A DNA stretch of 63,721 nt, filler included, from Octopus bimaculoides (taxonomy: Eukaryota): assembly GCF_001194135.2 (NCBI RefSeq). It is 5 parts of 4 records of this genome, joined end to end, with 100 filler letters (N's around TTAATTAATTAA, not from the genome) between each part and the next. Parts side by side here need not be neighbours in the genome. Positions count along the whole stretch, not along the records: positions 26,085 to 43,084 come from NC_068982.1; positions 43,185 to 54,568 come from NC_068984.1; 3 more parts are not named here. One strand, 5' to 3'. Below are positions 38,769 through 52,194 of the stretch, one piece after another (within the stretch, counting starts at the first letter, position 1; each line of letters starts with the position of its first letter). The notes below the pieces were generated by a model, which saw only the letters and a program-made list of their open reading frames with translations, searched no databases and was not told the origin of the DNA. Both the position numbers and the translations under genes were made by a program.

Positions 38769-41700
38769 CAAATTTAATCTGCGATCCATGGGACGAGCCG
38801 TTTTAACGATGCGTCCTGCCCGAAGCTCGTCGAAACGCCGGTGTTAAAACGTGGGTAGCTGATGAAGTAGAATGTTCTCTATGTGGCTCGTGTGTTCTCG
38901 TCTACGTTTGTTTGCAATGTCCTGTACCCAGATATGCACCTATACATACAGATGGATGTCGGTATGCACATACCTGTACGTATATATGCATTTACTTTTG
39001 TTTATATATANNNNNNNNNNNNNNNNNNNNNNNNNNNNNNNNNNNNNNNNNNNNNNNNNNNNNNNNNNNNNNNNNNNNNNNNNNNNNNNNNNNNNNNNNN
39101 NNNNNNNNNNNNNNNNNNNNNNNNNNNNNNNNNNNNNNNNNNNNNNNNNNNNNNNNNNNNNNNNNNNNNNNNNNNNNNNNNNNNNNNNNNNNNNNNNNNN
39201 NNNTATATATATCTATATATATATATATATAGGACAATTATCAGCGATCCTGAGAGAGAGACGGTTAGACAACATCGCACTCGAAAACATACTCGTACAC
39301 ATATAGATCCGAGTTTTGCGTATCTTCGTTTGTGCATTTTGAAAATGCTACAGAGAGAGGGCGTGTGTGGGAGAGAGAGAGAGAGAGAGAGAGAGCGGGA
39401 AAGTAGAGTAATGCAGAATAAAGGGAATCTTCAAAGAATGCGTCTTTACAAAACAACAATATCATCATTAATTCTAAAAGTATAATTTTGAAATGTGCCG
39501 GATCGAAATTTGAAAAGACATCAAACAAAACAAAAAAGAACAAGAAAAATAATGCTAACACAAGGGAATATTGAATATCTGCAATTGCACTGAAAATACG
39601 ATAGTTATAATAAAATCAACATGTGAAAGTTATATTTACAACANNNNNNNNNNNNNNNNNNNNNNNNNNNNNNNNNNNNNNNNNNNNNNNNNNNNNNNNN
39701 NNNNNNNNNNNNNNNNNNNNNNNNNNNNNNNNNNNNNNNNNNNNNNNNNNNNNNNNNNNNNNNNNNNNNNNNNNNNNNNNNNNNNNNNNNNNNNNNNNNN
39801 NNNNNNNNNNNNNNNNNNNNNNNNNNNNNNNNNNNNNNNNNNNNNNNNNNNNNNNNNNNNNNNNNNNNNNNNNNNNNNNNNNNNNNNNNNNNNNNNNNNN
39901 NNNNNNNNNNNNNNNNNNNNNNNNNNNNNNNNNNNNNNNNNNNNNNNNNNNNNNNNNNNNNNNNNNNNNNNNNNNNNNNNNNNNNNNNNNNNNNNNNNNN
40001 NNNNNNNNNNNNNNNNNNNNNNNNNNNNNNNNNNNNNNNNNNNNNNNNNNNNNNNNNNNNNNNNNNNNNNNNNNNNNNNNNNNNNNNNNNNNNNNNNNNN
40101 NNNNNNNNNNNNNNNNNNNNNNNNNNNNNNNNNNNNNNNNNNNNNNNNNNNNNNNNNNNNNNNNNNNNNNNNNNNNNNNNNNNNNNNNNNNNNNNNNNNN
40201 NNNNNNNNNNNNNNNNNNNNNNNNNNNNNNNNNNNNNNNNNNNNNNNNNNNNNNNNNNNNNNNNNNNNNNNNNNNNNNNNNNNNNNNNNNNNNNNNNNNN
40301 NNATATATATTTATATATGTATATACATACATACATTGTTCCTGGTTAATTTGGTTTTTGTTGTTCGTTTTTATTATTACTATTCTAAATGTGCTTTTTT
40401 TTTCTACTGAATCCCAGTAAATTACGCATTTCGCGTCAATTAATTAGAACCTAGTTTCAATTTGATGAATTGGGCATTACCGAAACTTATTAAAAGGAAA
40501 ATGATGTCGCATTCGCTCTTTCATTTTTCGCCCACTCTATGTCATTGTCTCGCTTTCTCCATCTGTTCATACACCAACTCGCGGACACACACACGCGCAC
40601 TCAAATACACACGCATACACACACACACGCACACACATACGTACATATACATTGATATATACATACATATATCTACATATGTGTGTGTACATATATATTT
40701 AATTATTCATATCAAACACTTTCTAATCAATCGCGCTATATAATAAGTACGACTTGATCAAAATAACATCGACATATTAGCTTTTTAATGTAATGATAAC
40801 CTATCCTGTTGTAGAATGCTGGATAGAAGCAGACGAAAGAATTGATAAAAGTAGGTAAATATCCCCGATGTATTATTTTACGGATATGTTCCACATAACA
40901 GCAGATCGATAATATATAATCGAAATAATCGGTTGGCACTCAATTAAGGAAAATCAATATCAGAAAATCATAATAGAATATTATATTCCTATTACTTTTT
41001 ATCAAATATTTTTATCATTATATCTCAAATGTGAAATAGTTGTAGAAAACTTTTTCACTGTTTGACTTTTATATACTTATATAGTCTTGTTCTTGTTGCT
41101 CATATGCAAAAACCCAATACAAGTACTCGTACATACACACGTATATAGATACACTCATGCGTGTATATGCGTTGCAGAGTCGTGATAAATAATCACAGCA
41201 CCATCACCATAATTGAATTTTTGTATAACTGGTATACAATAAGCATTATATATTACTTCCTGAGATCGTATTATTTAAATAAGTGAATGCAGCCACTGTT
41301 AATTTTAGTGAGCGTAAAGTCAAACGACAAAGAGAGTTTATAGTGAGATTGCACTAAGAGGAAAAGCAATATGTTTTCACATCGAGATCTTCCCATTAGT
41401 TTTCATTTATGTTTTCACTTTTATTATAGAATAATAGTGATATATATTTAGAATAATAATTTTCTATATATACATATGTGTGTGTGCTTCTGTGCGTTTG
41501 TGTGTTTGTGTGTTTGTGTGTTATTGTAAATATTTATAGCTATCTATTTGTGTATATTATAGGTCGTATTTCTTCATTTAACTGATAATTTAATGTTTTG
41601 TGTTTATGTAATCATAATACAGATAGGACTACTACATAAACGCATGATCTGTATCCAGTTACAAATAGTCATAATTGCTAAAATGCCGTGGAAACGGCCT

Positions 41701-42249
41701 CGTATTTTAATGTTTAAAAAGGCAAATGTAAAATTTTAAATATCATATCCAAATTATGATTGTGGCTGGGTTTTAAATCATGTTTGCATTAACGTGTGTG
41801 TTTTTTTTTAAATATACGAGTAGCATAGCTATAAATATATACATATTGTTATGGTCAACATGTATGAAATGTATTTATGTGTTACTGTGAAATCGCGGGC
41901 TTAATACGCAAACATTCATAATGTGTGTCTAAGATTCTTGGATAATAGAAGTGGTAAAGTTTTGAGAAAAATCTCATGCAATTGATTGGCAATCGAGACG
42001 TTACAATATTAACAAAAATGTTTTTAATTTCCTCTTCCACATTCCAGTGAGGCGAGACATAACTGAATAACATTCCTATGTAAAACCAATAAAAAAACAG
42101 AAGACGAAAAACCATGAAACATGGATCTATATGCTGACAGTTTATTAATATAGAAAAACGGGTCGAACAAGAATAAGAAAAAGGAATCAACACATTCTCT
42201 CTGATCCCCCTAAAAGTTGATACGCACAGGCAATGCTAAAGGTTTCGAG

Positions 42250-42725
42250 GAGCAAAATTTTTATAGCAAGGTTCAGAAAATAATACATTTATAGATACAG
42301 CTACAAAAGATGCATGTCACTACAGACACCCACAATTGGTGAAGCATCCAAGATTGCCATCACTGACAACAATAGCACATACCCAGATATCGCACTCATA
42401 TTCCTACTAAAAAAATGAGGTCTATCACAACCCTGTAACAGAGGTAAAATTCATTTCCAAACTGCACAACAGGCCGCATGCTATAAAGCAATATGCATGG
42501 GGTTTATAGAAAAGCATCAGAGTTATGATATAGCAGATGCGAAAATACACATACCAGGATGTGGCTTATTCGGTATTGCTAGAAGAGACAAAAAATCCAT
42601 GGATGAGTTATTATGTAGATCAGCATATATATCACCCTTAGTAATGATGTCATATTCAAATTCATTTTATGACACGTTAATAATACATACAAAACAAATT
42701 GATGTAGTTGCCTGCACAACATACC
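42250..42725 (+). mobile_element. LINE apurinic-like endonuclease remnant (CR1/L2-like)
   Basis: FIEKHQSYDIADAKIHIPG.GLF..ARRD...SNSFYDTLII...IDVVACTTYRP follows the APE pattern ETHL..DI.DAEI.IPGY.LFR.DR...IYRP. Confidence 0.6.
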
Positions 42726-42763
42726 GTCCATGAAATCTCTTCAAGCATGATGGTACATAATAA

Positions 42764-42797
<34 letters not shown>

Positions 42798-43324
42798 GCA
42801 CACACACACACATGCACACACGCACACATACACGCACACACACAAACACACACACACATATATATAAGTATATATATATATATATATATATATATAGGTT
42901 TGAAAATGCACTTATTTTTTAAAAATATTTATTTACTTAACCGGTTTCACTTTTTTAGAAAACTATTATCAAAAGTCTTTGAGAATAATAAAAAATGTTA
43001 AAAAACAGTTTGAGTATTAAAATGCATATATACATTCTTTGATGATAAAATATATTTAAAGTATAAAGCTTTGTATGAAATTTGNNNNNNNNNNNNNNNN
43101 NNNNNNNNNNNNNNNNNNNNNNNNNNNNTTAATTAATTAANNNNNNNNNNNNNNNNNNNNNNNNNNNNNNNNNNNNNNNNNNNNTATATATTCGTTTATA
43201 TTTATATAAGGGGCACTTCTACAGAATAATGCCACACACTGGACTTCCCAAAATAAACACATTTAGTACCGAATGCGAGGAAAACAACCAACAGAAGAAG
43301 ACCAACTTTCTTTTAAATAACTCA

Positions 43325-43386
43325 ACTATATATCGACCGATTTCGCGATTACTAGAATGAATCTAGACTCCGCTCATCAGCATAGT
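43325..43386 (-). ncRNA. Minimal type I hammerhead ribozyme with GUC triplet
   Basis: ACTATG-CTGATGA-GCG-GAGT-CTAGA-TTCAT-TCTAG-TAAT-CGC-GAAA-TCGG-TC-GATATATAGT. Confidence 0.65.
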
Positions 43387-43849
43387 ATTGTTCCAGAAAA
43401 CATATATAAATAAACAGAATTCTCACCTTACCAAAAAAGAATACTCTACGTATCCAACCAAGCAAAGGGAATCAAGTTTATCTGTATATATCTTCATCAA
43501 AGAAGCGGGAATACTACTGGGTTGTTTTGGTACACGTGTGGTGACAGGAATATATATATATATACACACATATAAACGTATGTGATTGTAAGTGTATGTC
43601 TGTGTGAAAGCTATCACCTTTTTATTAGGATGTTTCACCGATGATCATATTGTCATGTGCTTGGTTCGTGGACTTTTCTGCATCATATGACGTTTGTCAA
43701 TGTCCTACGTTTCCAGTTACTCTCATTTGACTCAGAAGAAGACGGGTACTAGCGGTGTTATCACCTCGAGTTGTTATGGCCGATGTTTGCTTTTACAAAC
43801 CAGAAGTCTATCATCATGGACCGAGTTGCTTATAACACACACGCAAAAT

Positions 43850-43950
<101 letters not shown>

Positions 43951-44925
43951 AAACACACACAAACACACACACACACTGCTATTGATCTGTCATCTGGGGG
44001 GTCTCTAGCTATTGCAGACATTTGACTAATTAGCATAAAATTATTCACAAATACTCTCCAAATTAGGACCCATAAACACAAAGTTTCTTTTTTGTATTTG
44101 TTCTGCCTTTTCTAACTCTGCAATAATGGATGGTAACTACGTACTTAATTGTCACCGCTTTTGTGTTCAGTCCTTGCGTCTTGTATTAACCACTACCTCC
44201 AATCCTTCTTCCTGAGAACATCAACCCACTAGTATTCTCTCTCTGTCTACCCCTCTCTCTGTCTCTCAGTCCCCCTCACTCTATGTCCCCCCCTCTCTCC
44301 CCCTCTTTCTCTGTTATGTCGTTACTCCAAATATTAATTTTTAATGCGTTAAGAGGAACATTAATGTCATCAGTTACACCTCTCTCGAAGAGCCAGCGAG
44401 AGGCATAAGCATTGTAGCTTCCTCCTGAGTCAGCAAGTAGGAAGAAATGTACGTAGTGGCAATTAGACGAAATTACAATTTAATTTCATAGGAAATTGTA
44501 TTTACATGCATTATTGAAAATATGATTTAATTAGAGGGCAGTCGTAATCTACAGAATTGTTTTGTTCCAACAAAAATTCATCAGGGGAAATGTAAGTTTT
44601 CAAATTTTTTTTCTTTAATCAGTAGACTTTGATTTTTTTTTTTTACGAGTAGGAGAAAAGGTTTCATTATACGTAAACATTATGAATGCCTTCACTCTTT
44701 CTCAATTCTTAAACTCACAGCGTTTTATAAAGGAAAAGTTGGAAACATTCCATGAACCTTCCCTAGACAGTAATTAACTTTATCTTTAATTTCACTGTAA
44801 CATCTCTCTTTTTAATTGTCTAATGTAATTAGATATACTGGAAATTTACAGATTAAGTCATGCTGAAAGCTCCTATGAACAATGAAATAGTACTATACAT
44901 GCTTACCACTTATTATAAATTGAAT

Positions 44926-44960
<35 letters not shown>

Positions 44961-45059
44961 TACACATGTAGGGTGAGTTATAATGATGGGACACATTTGG
45001 CAGTATGTCATTACTAGCATTTAAAATGTGTCCCACCATTGTGGCCCACCCTGTAGGGG

Positions 45060-45100
<41 letters not shown>

Positions 45101-45368
45101 NNNNNNNNNNNNNNNNNNNNNNNNNNNNNNNNNNNNNNNNNNNNNNNNNNNNNNNNNNNNNNNNNNNNNNNNNNNNNNNNNNNNNNNNNNNNNNNNNNNN
45201 NNNNNNNNNNNNNNNNNNNNNNNNNNNNNNNNNNNNNNNNNNNNNNNNNNNNNNNNNNNNNNNNNNNNNNNNNNNNNNNNNNNNTTCAAAGGATTACAAC
45301 CTGTGTGATCCATATGTAGGAATAAAGTATGCGATTATAACATGCGTTTTCTCCAATCCTTAAATTCT

Positions 45369-45403
<35 letters not shown>

Positions 45404-46074
45404 GGTGGGACATAATGGTGGAACACATTTTTAATGCTACTATCTTGGATTATAAATATACATATATGCATATATATAAGTATATATATGTGTGTGTGCG
45501 TGCGTGTGAGTGTGAGCATGTACGTACGCGCGCGCGCGCGAGTGTGTGTGTCTGTTTGAGTATATTCTTCGAATCTAAATACGAATTTCTAAGCCCGCTT
45601 CACGCTGTGAGGAGATCGTTGCATGCCCTTGTATTACCAGCCATCATGAGCAAGTCAGGCTGGTATAAATTATAATATTCTTCTGCTTGTTGCAGCCTAC
45701 TTTTTTTATACGTATGTTTGCTGGTTACGCTATAAACAAACTTAACTATGCTATGATATCGATGATATAAACCAAAATGAGATAGGTTCACTGTGGAATG
45801 GTATCAATGACATAAATCGAAATCTAAAACATTATGAAATAAATTCAAATAATACGCTTTAAATAAATTTGATTATGGAACAACTTGGAAGATTTAATAT
45901 ATTTAATATAATGAACAAAAAATTAAGGTGATCTCTAAAAATATGCAGGAAAAGAAATAAGAATATTTATAAAACAAAATTTCTACGAATACTGCTTGTT
46001 TGCATAATTACAAGAATGAAACTTAGGGAAATAACTTAACTGGGCCAATGATACAAACTCAGATTATCTGTTAT

Positions 46075-46226
46075 TTTTTACTTGTTCCAGTCATTAGACT
46101 GCGGCCAGGATGAAGCACCATATTGAAAAACTGTTAGTCGAATGAATCGACCCCAGTACTTATTTTTCTAAAGCCTGGTACCTATTCCATTTGTCACATT
46201 TGCTGAACCGTTAAGTTATGAAAACG
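46075..46226 (-). mobile_element. SINE family A 3' half (3' segment of the U6-5S chimera)
   Basis: Minus strand TAACTTAACGGTTCAGCAAA...GGGGTCGATT...GGCCGCAGTCTAATGACTGGAACAAGTAAAA matches the family A 3' half. Confidence 0.75.
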
Positions 46227-46230
46227 CGAG

Positions 46231-46349
46231 ATGCTTACAGCGCTAAGGCTCCCGAGCGGTCACCCAGCGAAATACTATCTAGGCTGAACGTTGCTTAACA
46301 TCGGTTGTCGGACGAGATCCGGTAAATTAAACGTAATATAGCCGTAAGT
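46231..46349 (-). rRNA. 5S rRNA: 5S rRNA gene or pseudogene, full length, divergent
   Basis: ACTTACGGCTATATTACGTTTAATTTACCGGATCTCGTCCGACAACCGATGTTAAGCAACGT...GGGTGACCGCTCGGGAG...GCTGTAAGCAT aligns colinearly with metazoan 5S; helices I and II pair. Confidence 0.85.
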
Positions 46350-46352
46350 AGG

Positions 46353-46457
46353 AAAATATGGAACGCTTCACAAATTTGTGTCATCCTTGCGCAAGTCCCA
46401 TGCTAATCTTCTCTGTGTCGTTCCAGTTTTAGTATATGTATTGCAGAGGCAATAAAC
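46353..46457 (-). ncRNA. U6: U6 snRNA copy, full length (probable pseudogene or variant)
   Basis: CATATACTAAAA.TGGAACGA.ACAGAGAAGATTAGCATGG...GCGCAAGGATGACAC..AAATT.GTGAAGCGTTCCATATTTT; ACAGAGA box and AGC intact; several substitutions and a 2-nt deletion versus canonical U6. Confidence 0.95.
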
Positions 46458-48522
46458 AAGTGGCTTCTACAAGATTTATGGTATTTAAATATATTCAATT
46501 TTTGATCGTGTACAAATGAATGTATGTTTGGTGAAATTTAACAAAGCTGCCACTCATGGAATCCCGTTGATACGTTTCCAATAACTACCATGCAAATTAT
46601 TGGATGATTTGGAGGACATCGAAAACTCCCTGTTAGTAATCTGAGGAATGATAGAAGAAAGTAGGAGTATCTTATTGGTTTTCTGTTACTCTTTTTTACA
46701 CACATAAAATATTTTAAGCTTAACCCTATAAAGTTCTCTGCCTTTCTACAAAAGCGTACCTTATTTCTGAAATAATATCGAAGTATGCATTGCTTCTAAC
46801 ATACTCGCATGACGTGAAGCTGGGGAGGGTAATGGCGTTAGTCACTTAAATCGCTTCCAGAAATCGACTGGTACTTTATATTATCGACCGTGAAATGTTG
46901 AAAGATGAAGTTGACTTCGATGGGATTTGAACTAAGAAAGCAAAAAACCAGAAGGAATTCTGAGAAGCATTTTGTCCGACGTTCTAACGATTCTGCCACA
47001 TATCAATACTTGCTCTTTATCCCCAAACGCAAAGTTTAGTCTGCGACCAAAGACATCGTACGAACCGCCAACCATTCAGACAAATTTTCTGTCTGTTATT
47101 GGCTGATCAGATATATGCAAAAGTTTTTCATACATTGAAATTCAGAAAATACACCTACGTTGTATTTACTGATAAATTACATAAAATGCCAACCAGTGAG
47201 CCAAAACTTTTAATCTATATTAAACAATTAGGTCAAGTGGATAAAGGTTAAACAATTTTTTCGTTTCTTTTCTCATTTTACTGGTTTCTGTCATTGGACT
47301 GCTGCCATTGTAGGGCACCGCCGTCACAAGTACAATCAATCTTATCGATCTCAATATGTGATTGGTATTATATCTATCGGACGAGAGACAAAGTTACCCT
47401 ACGCACCTACGCAATAGCAAAACTCAGAAAATAGAGTCATTAGCAAATTCTACATTGGTATATTTTTCTGACAATCCACCGATGCTGTCATCAACTTCAC
47501 AAAATATTCACCTGAAATTTGATACACGATATTTGTTGTTTATTCTTGCTCATACATTTAATTCTGCATGTGTTACTTAATCTAAATTAGGGATCAGTAA
47601 ACTTATTATGTTACTGTTCCCTTCATTGATAGCTTATCGACTCCCATTATGTGATTTTTTAAAAATGAAATTAAAAAGTATAGCGTGTAGAAAAATTAGT
47701 CAATATATATANNNNNNNNNNNNNNNNNNNNNNNNNNNNNNNNNNNNNNNNNNNNNNNNNNNNNNNNNNNNNNNNNNNNNNNNNNNNNNNNNNNNNNNNN
47801 NNNNNNNNNNNNNNNNNNNNNNNNNNNNNNNNNNNNNNNNNNNNNNNNNNNNNNNNNNNNNNNNNNNNNNNNNNNNNNNNNNNNNNNNNNNNNNNNNNNN
47901 NNNNNNNNNNNNNNNNNNNNNNNNNNNNNNNNNNNNNNNNNNNNNNNNNNNNNNNNNNNNNNNNNNNNNNNNNNNNNNNNNNNNNNNNNNNNNNNNNNNN
48001 NNNNNNNNNNNNNNNNNNNNNNNNNNNNNNNNNNNNNNNNNNNNNNNNNNNNNNNNNNNNNNNNNNNNNNNNNNNNNNNNNNNNNNNNNNNNNNNNNNNN
48101 NNNNNNNNNNNNNNNNNNNNNNNNNNNNNNNNNNNNNNNNNNNNNNNNNNNNNNNNNNNNNNNNNNNNNNNNNNNNNNNNNNNNNNNNNNNNNNNNNNNN
48201 NNNNNNNNNNNNNNNNNNNNNNNNNNNNNNNNNNNNNNNNNNNNNNNNNNNNNNNNNNNNNNNNNNNNNNNNNNNNNNNNNNNNNNNNNNNNNNNNNNNN
48301 NNNNNNNNNNNNNNNNNNNNNNNNNNNNNNNNNNNNNNNNNNNNNNNNNNNNNNNNNNNNNNNNNNNNNNNNNNNNNNNNNNNNNNNNNNNNNNNNNNNN
48401 NNNNNNNNNNNNNNNNNNNNNNNNNNNNNNNNNNNNNNNNNNNNNNNNNNNNNNNNNNNNNNNNNNNNNNNNNNNNNNNNNNNNNNNNNNNNNNNNNNNN
48501 NNNNNNNNNNNNNNNNNNNNNN

Positions 48523-48587
<65 letters not shown>

Positions 48588-49151
48588 GATATTTATGTAT
48601 ATATATATGCGGATGTATGTGTTAATATGCGTGTGAGCGAGCCTGTGTATGGTTGTGTGCATATTTATATATATTATTTGATGTTATACATACATACCCA
48701 AACACATAAGTAAGCATATACGTGCACAGCCCACACTCACACTCGAGCCCAGACTTACGCACATGCATACTCGCTCACACGTACTCACACTCATACTAAC
48801 ACAAACGCATACACATACACCGCACGTTCCAACTCTCACAAACACACATATACACCGACACTGAATTTCTCAGATACACACTCACGCACATACACACGCT
48901 CTCACACATATACACATATACGTTGCCAGTGCGTACACATATGTAGACAAAGACACATCATAAAGAAGTTAGTGTTATGTGTGAAATCAGTGTTACAGAA
49001 ATATCCCATTGGTATTTTGGCAAATGGATCTTTATCTGTTGATGCCTTGGAAATAAATCAAGGTGGGTTACAGCCAATGTAGGTGGTCAATTGGCACTGT
49101 TTACTAGAGATGACTTGATCGATAAGGCTAATAGGTTGTGTGGTGGGAGGT

Positions 49152-49246
<95 letters not shown>

Positions 49247-50179
49247 GGAGAGAAAGTGAGTGTGTGTGAGGTATACTCAAAGAGAAACAGAGAAGTCTGT
49301 TACATCAATGTTAAGGATTTGGCTTTCGTAGAGTGTACGTTTTATACTACATCCTCAGTACTAACGGACAAGCGCCTACATATACACAAACCCACAGAAA
49401 CACACACACACATACACAGAGACAGACACACACGTACACACACATGCACACGCACACATCTATGAACATACTTCCGCATAGATATTCCCATGCAAAAAGA
49501 GACGGACAAGGACTTCATCCACTCGTATGTCTTTCTCTTCTGTTTATTTATTTGTATTCTTTCTAGTATAAAGGAGCTATTTCCTAGCAAAGAAACAAAG
49601 ACAACTTCATTGAAGCTTGGATGAAAACACCTATAATTGCTACGTATCAAACTTCAATAAAGTCTTGCTTATTTCGACTGTTCCACTTACAAATTGTATC
49701 TGTAAAGTTCGTGTTACCAGGACACTTCTTTTGTTAGCTACATAGGTACATGTATGATTTCTTCTATCTTTAAAAAATGTAGAATTTCCTGGACAGGCAT
49801 GGCTGTGGGGTAAGAAATTTGCTTCCCAGAACCATCGTTCCGGGTTCAGTCCCACTGCATGACACCTTAAGTAAATGTCTACTACTATAGCCTCGGGCCG
49901 ACCAAAGCTTTGTGAGTGGATTTGGTGCACGGAAAATGAAAGAAGCCCGTCGTGTATNNNNNNNNNNNNNNNNNNNNNNNNNNNNNNNNNNNNNNNNNNN
50001 NNNNNNNNNNNNNNNNNNNNNNNNNNNNNNNNNNNNNNNNNNNNNNNNNNNNNNNNNNNNNNNNNNNNNNNNNNNNNNNNNNNNNNNNNNNNNNNNNNNN
50101 NNNNNNNNNNNNNNNNNNNNNNNNNNNNNNNNNNNNNNNNNNNNNNNNNNNNNNNNNNNNNNNNNNNNNNNNNNNNNAT

Positions 50180-50420
50180 AAACGTGTTTACAAGGGAATT
50201 CTTTGAGAATAGAATATAAAATATTTCGCTATTAGCAGGCGAGCAGAAATGTTTACCCTTATTATACGGTAAAGAAATAGTGAGAATATTCCATTCCAAA
50301 TTAAATTGTTTATTATAATCTCCTAGATACCAGATTAATTTACTAAGCCGCGTATTGTTACGTTTATTGATATGCCTAAATGTAGAGTAATGATTGGATA
50401 TTCTTTTGGACAAGTGAGAT
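50180..50420 (-). mobile_element. Penelope-like GIY-YIG endonuclease C-terminal remnant
   Basis: KRISNHYSTFRH...NNTRLSKLIWYL...FNLEWNIL....PYNKGKHFC....SEIFYILF matches the PLE pattern R..NH..SF...T.LSK.IW.LK...W.I. Confidence 0.75.
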
Positions 50421-50852
50421 GAAGAACTACCTGCATAAAAAAAGACGTCAGAAACATACCTTTAGTTCCTATAAGTGATTTCTACCATTAGCTCTATAAG
50501 TGATTTCTGCCATTAGTTCCTATGAATGATTTCTGCCATTCTGTTAAAATGTCTTATTGATGTGTTTGATTTCTTTCTTTCCCTGGTGAGAAGATTGCAT
50601 CGTTTTACAACATTTTATTCCTTCTGGAATAATACAAATCTTGTCTTGGAAACATATGTCGGAAGTAAAAGAATTTGTATAACACTTGCCTTTAACTGCA
50701 TTTATTTACTCATCTATCTATATTATACAAAATATTTCACCTTAACCCAGAATTTCTCCCTTTATAAATAGGTTGTTACATCCTTGTTACCTGTGTGAAT
50801 GTTTGCTACTCTGGTAACTGTTTATTGATTTTTTCCGTGTTATTTGTAAACA

Positions 50853-50891
<39 letters not shown>

Positions 50892-51304
50892 CACACATAC
50901 ATACATACATATGTATTTATGTATGTATATATATATATATGTATGTATATATATATATATATATATAAGCACGTACTTAGACACGTATAAATAATCGAAA
51001 GCTTCCTCACACACGTTCGCACTCACGCACAAGCGAATACTTGAACACTAAACAGACACATTCACACAGAACATAAGATCAGTGCATACACTTTAATGTA
51101 TGTACACATCACTGTATTCACATATTTACAAATCCATGGAACTGTTGCCTTAACTCAAAGACAGTTGTCACTCTGTCACAGACTGGCTCGAATTCCATGA
51201 TGAAAAACTTAGATCAATCTAAAGGAAAACAAATACATTCAAACATATATCGTATGAAACTTGAGTCGCGTGAATAATAACCAGTTTAAATAAACCATAT
51301 ATTC

Positions 51305-51785
<481 letters not shown>

Positions 51786-52038
51786 CAGCGTGTATTCTTC
51801 CTAAGTAGTTCGACAGATACAAGATACATCAGTGTGTGTGTTTTTTCTCAGTTCAATGTATTTCTAATACACATGAATGCAACTGTACATGTATACATAA
51901 ACACAGGTACATTGGATAAATATACCGGCGTGTATCCTTATAAATAATGCGTAACCATCACTGTGTTTGTATGTGCGTGTGTGTGTGTTTGTGTATATGT
52001 GTGTGTGTGTGTGCAAATGCTTGTGAGATTGTACATAA

Positions 52039-52080
<42 letters not shown>

Positions 52081-52163
52081 GTATGCACGTAGGTATAAAT
52101 GTATATGTATGTGTGTGTATGTGTATATATGTATATATATATAATTATGTAAATCTATCTATC

Positions 52164-52194
<31 letters not shown>

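Noticed and set aside
43703-43736. Minus-strand GTCAAATGAGAGTAACTGGAAACGTAGGAC, resembling a decayed hammerhead
   Set aside because: Needs several core changes to be valid; too degenerate to call.
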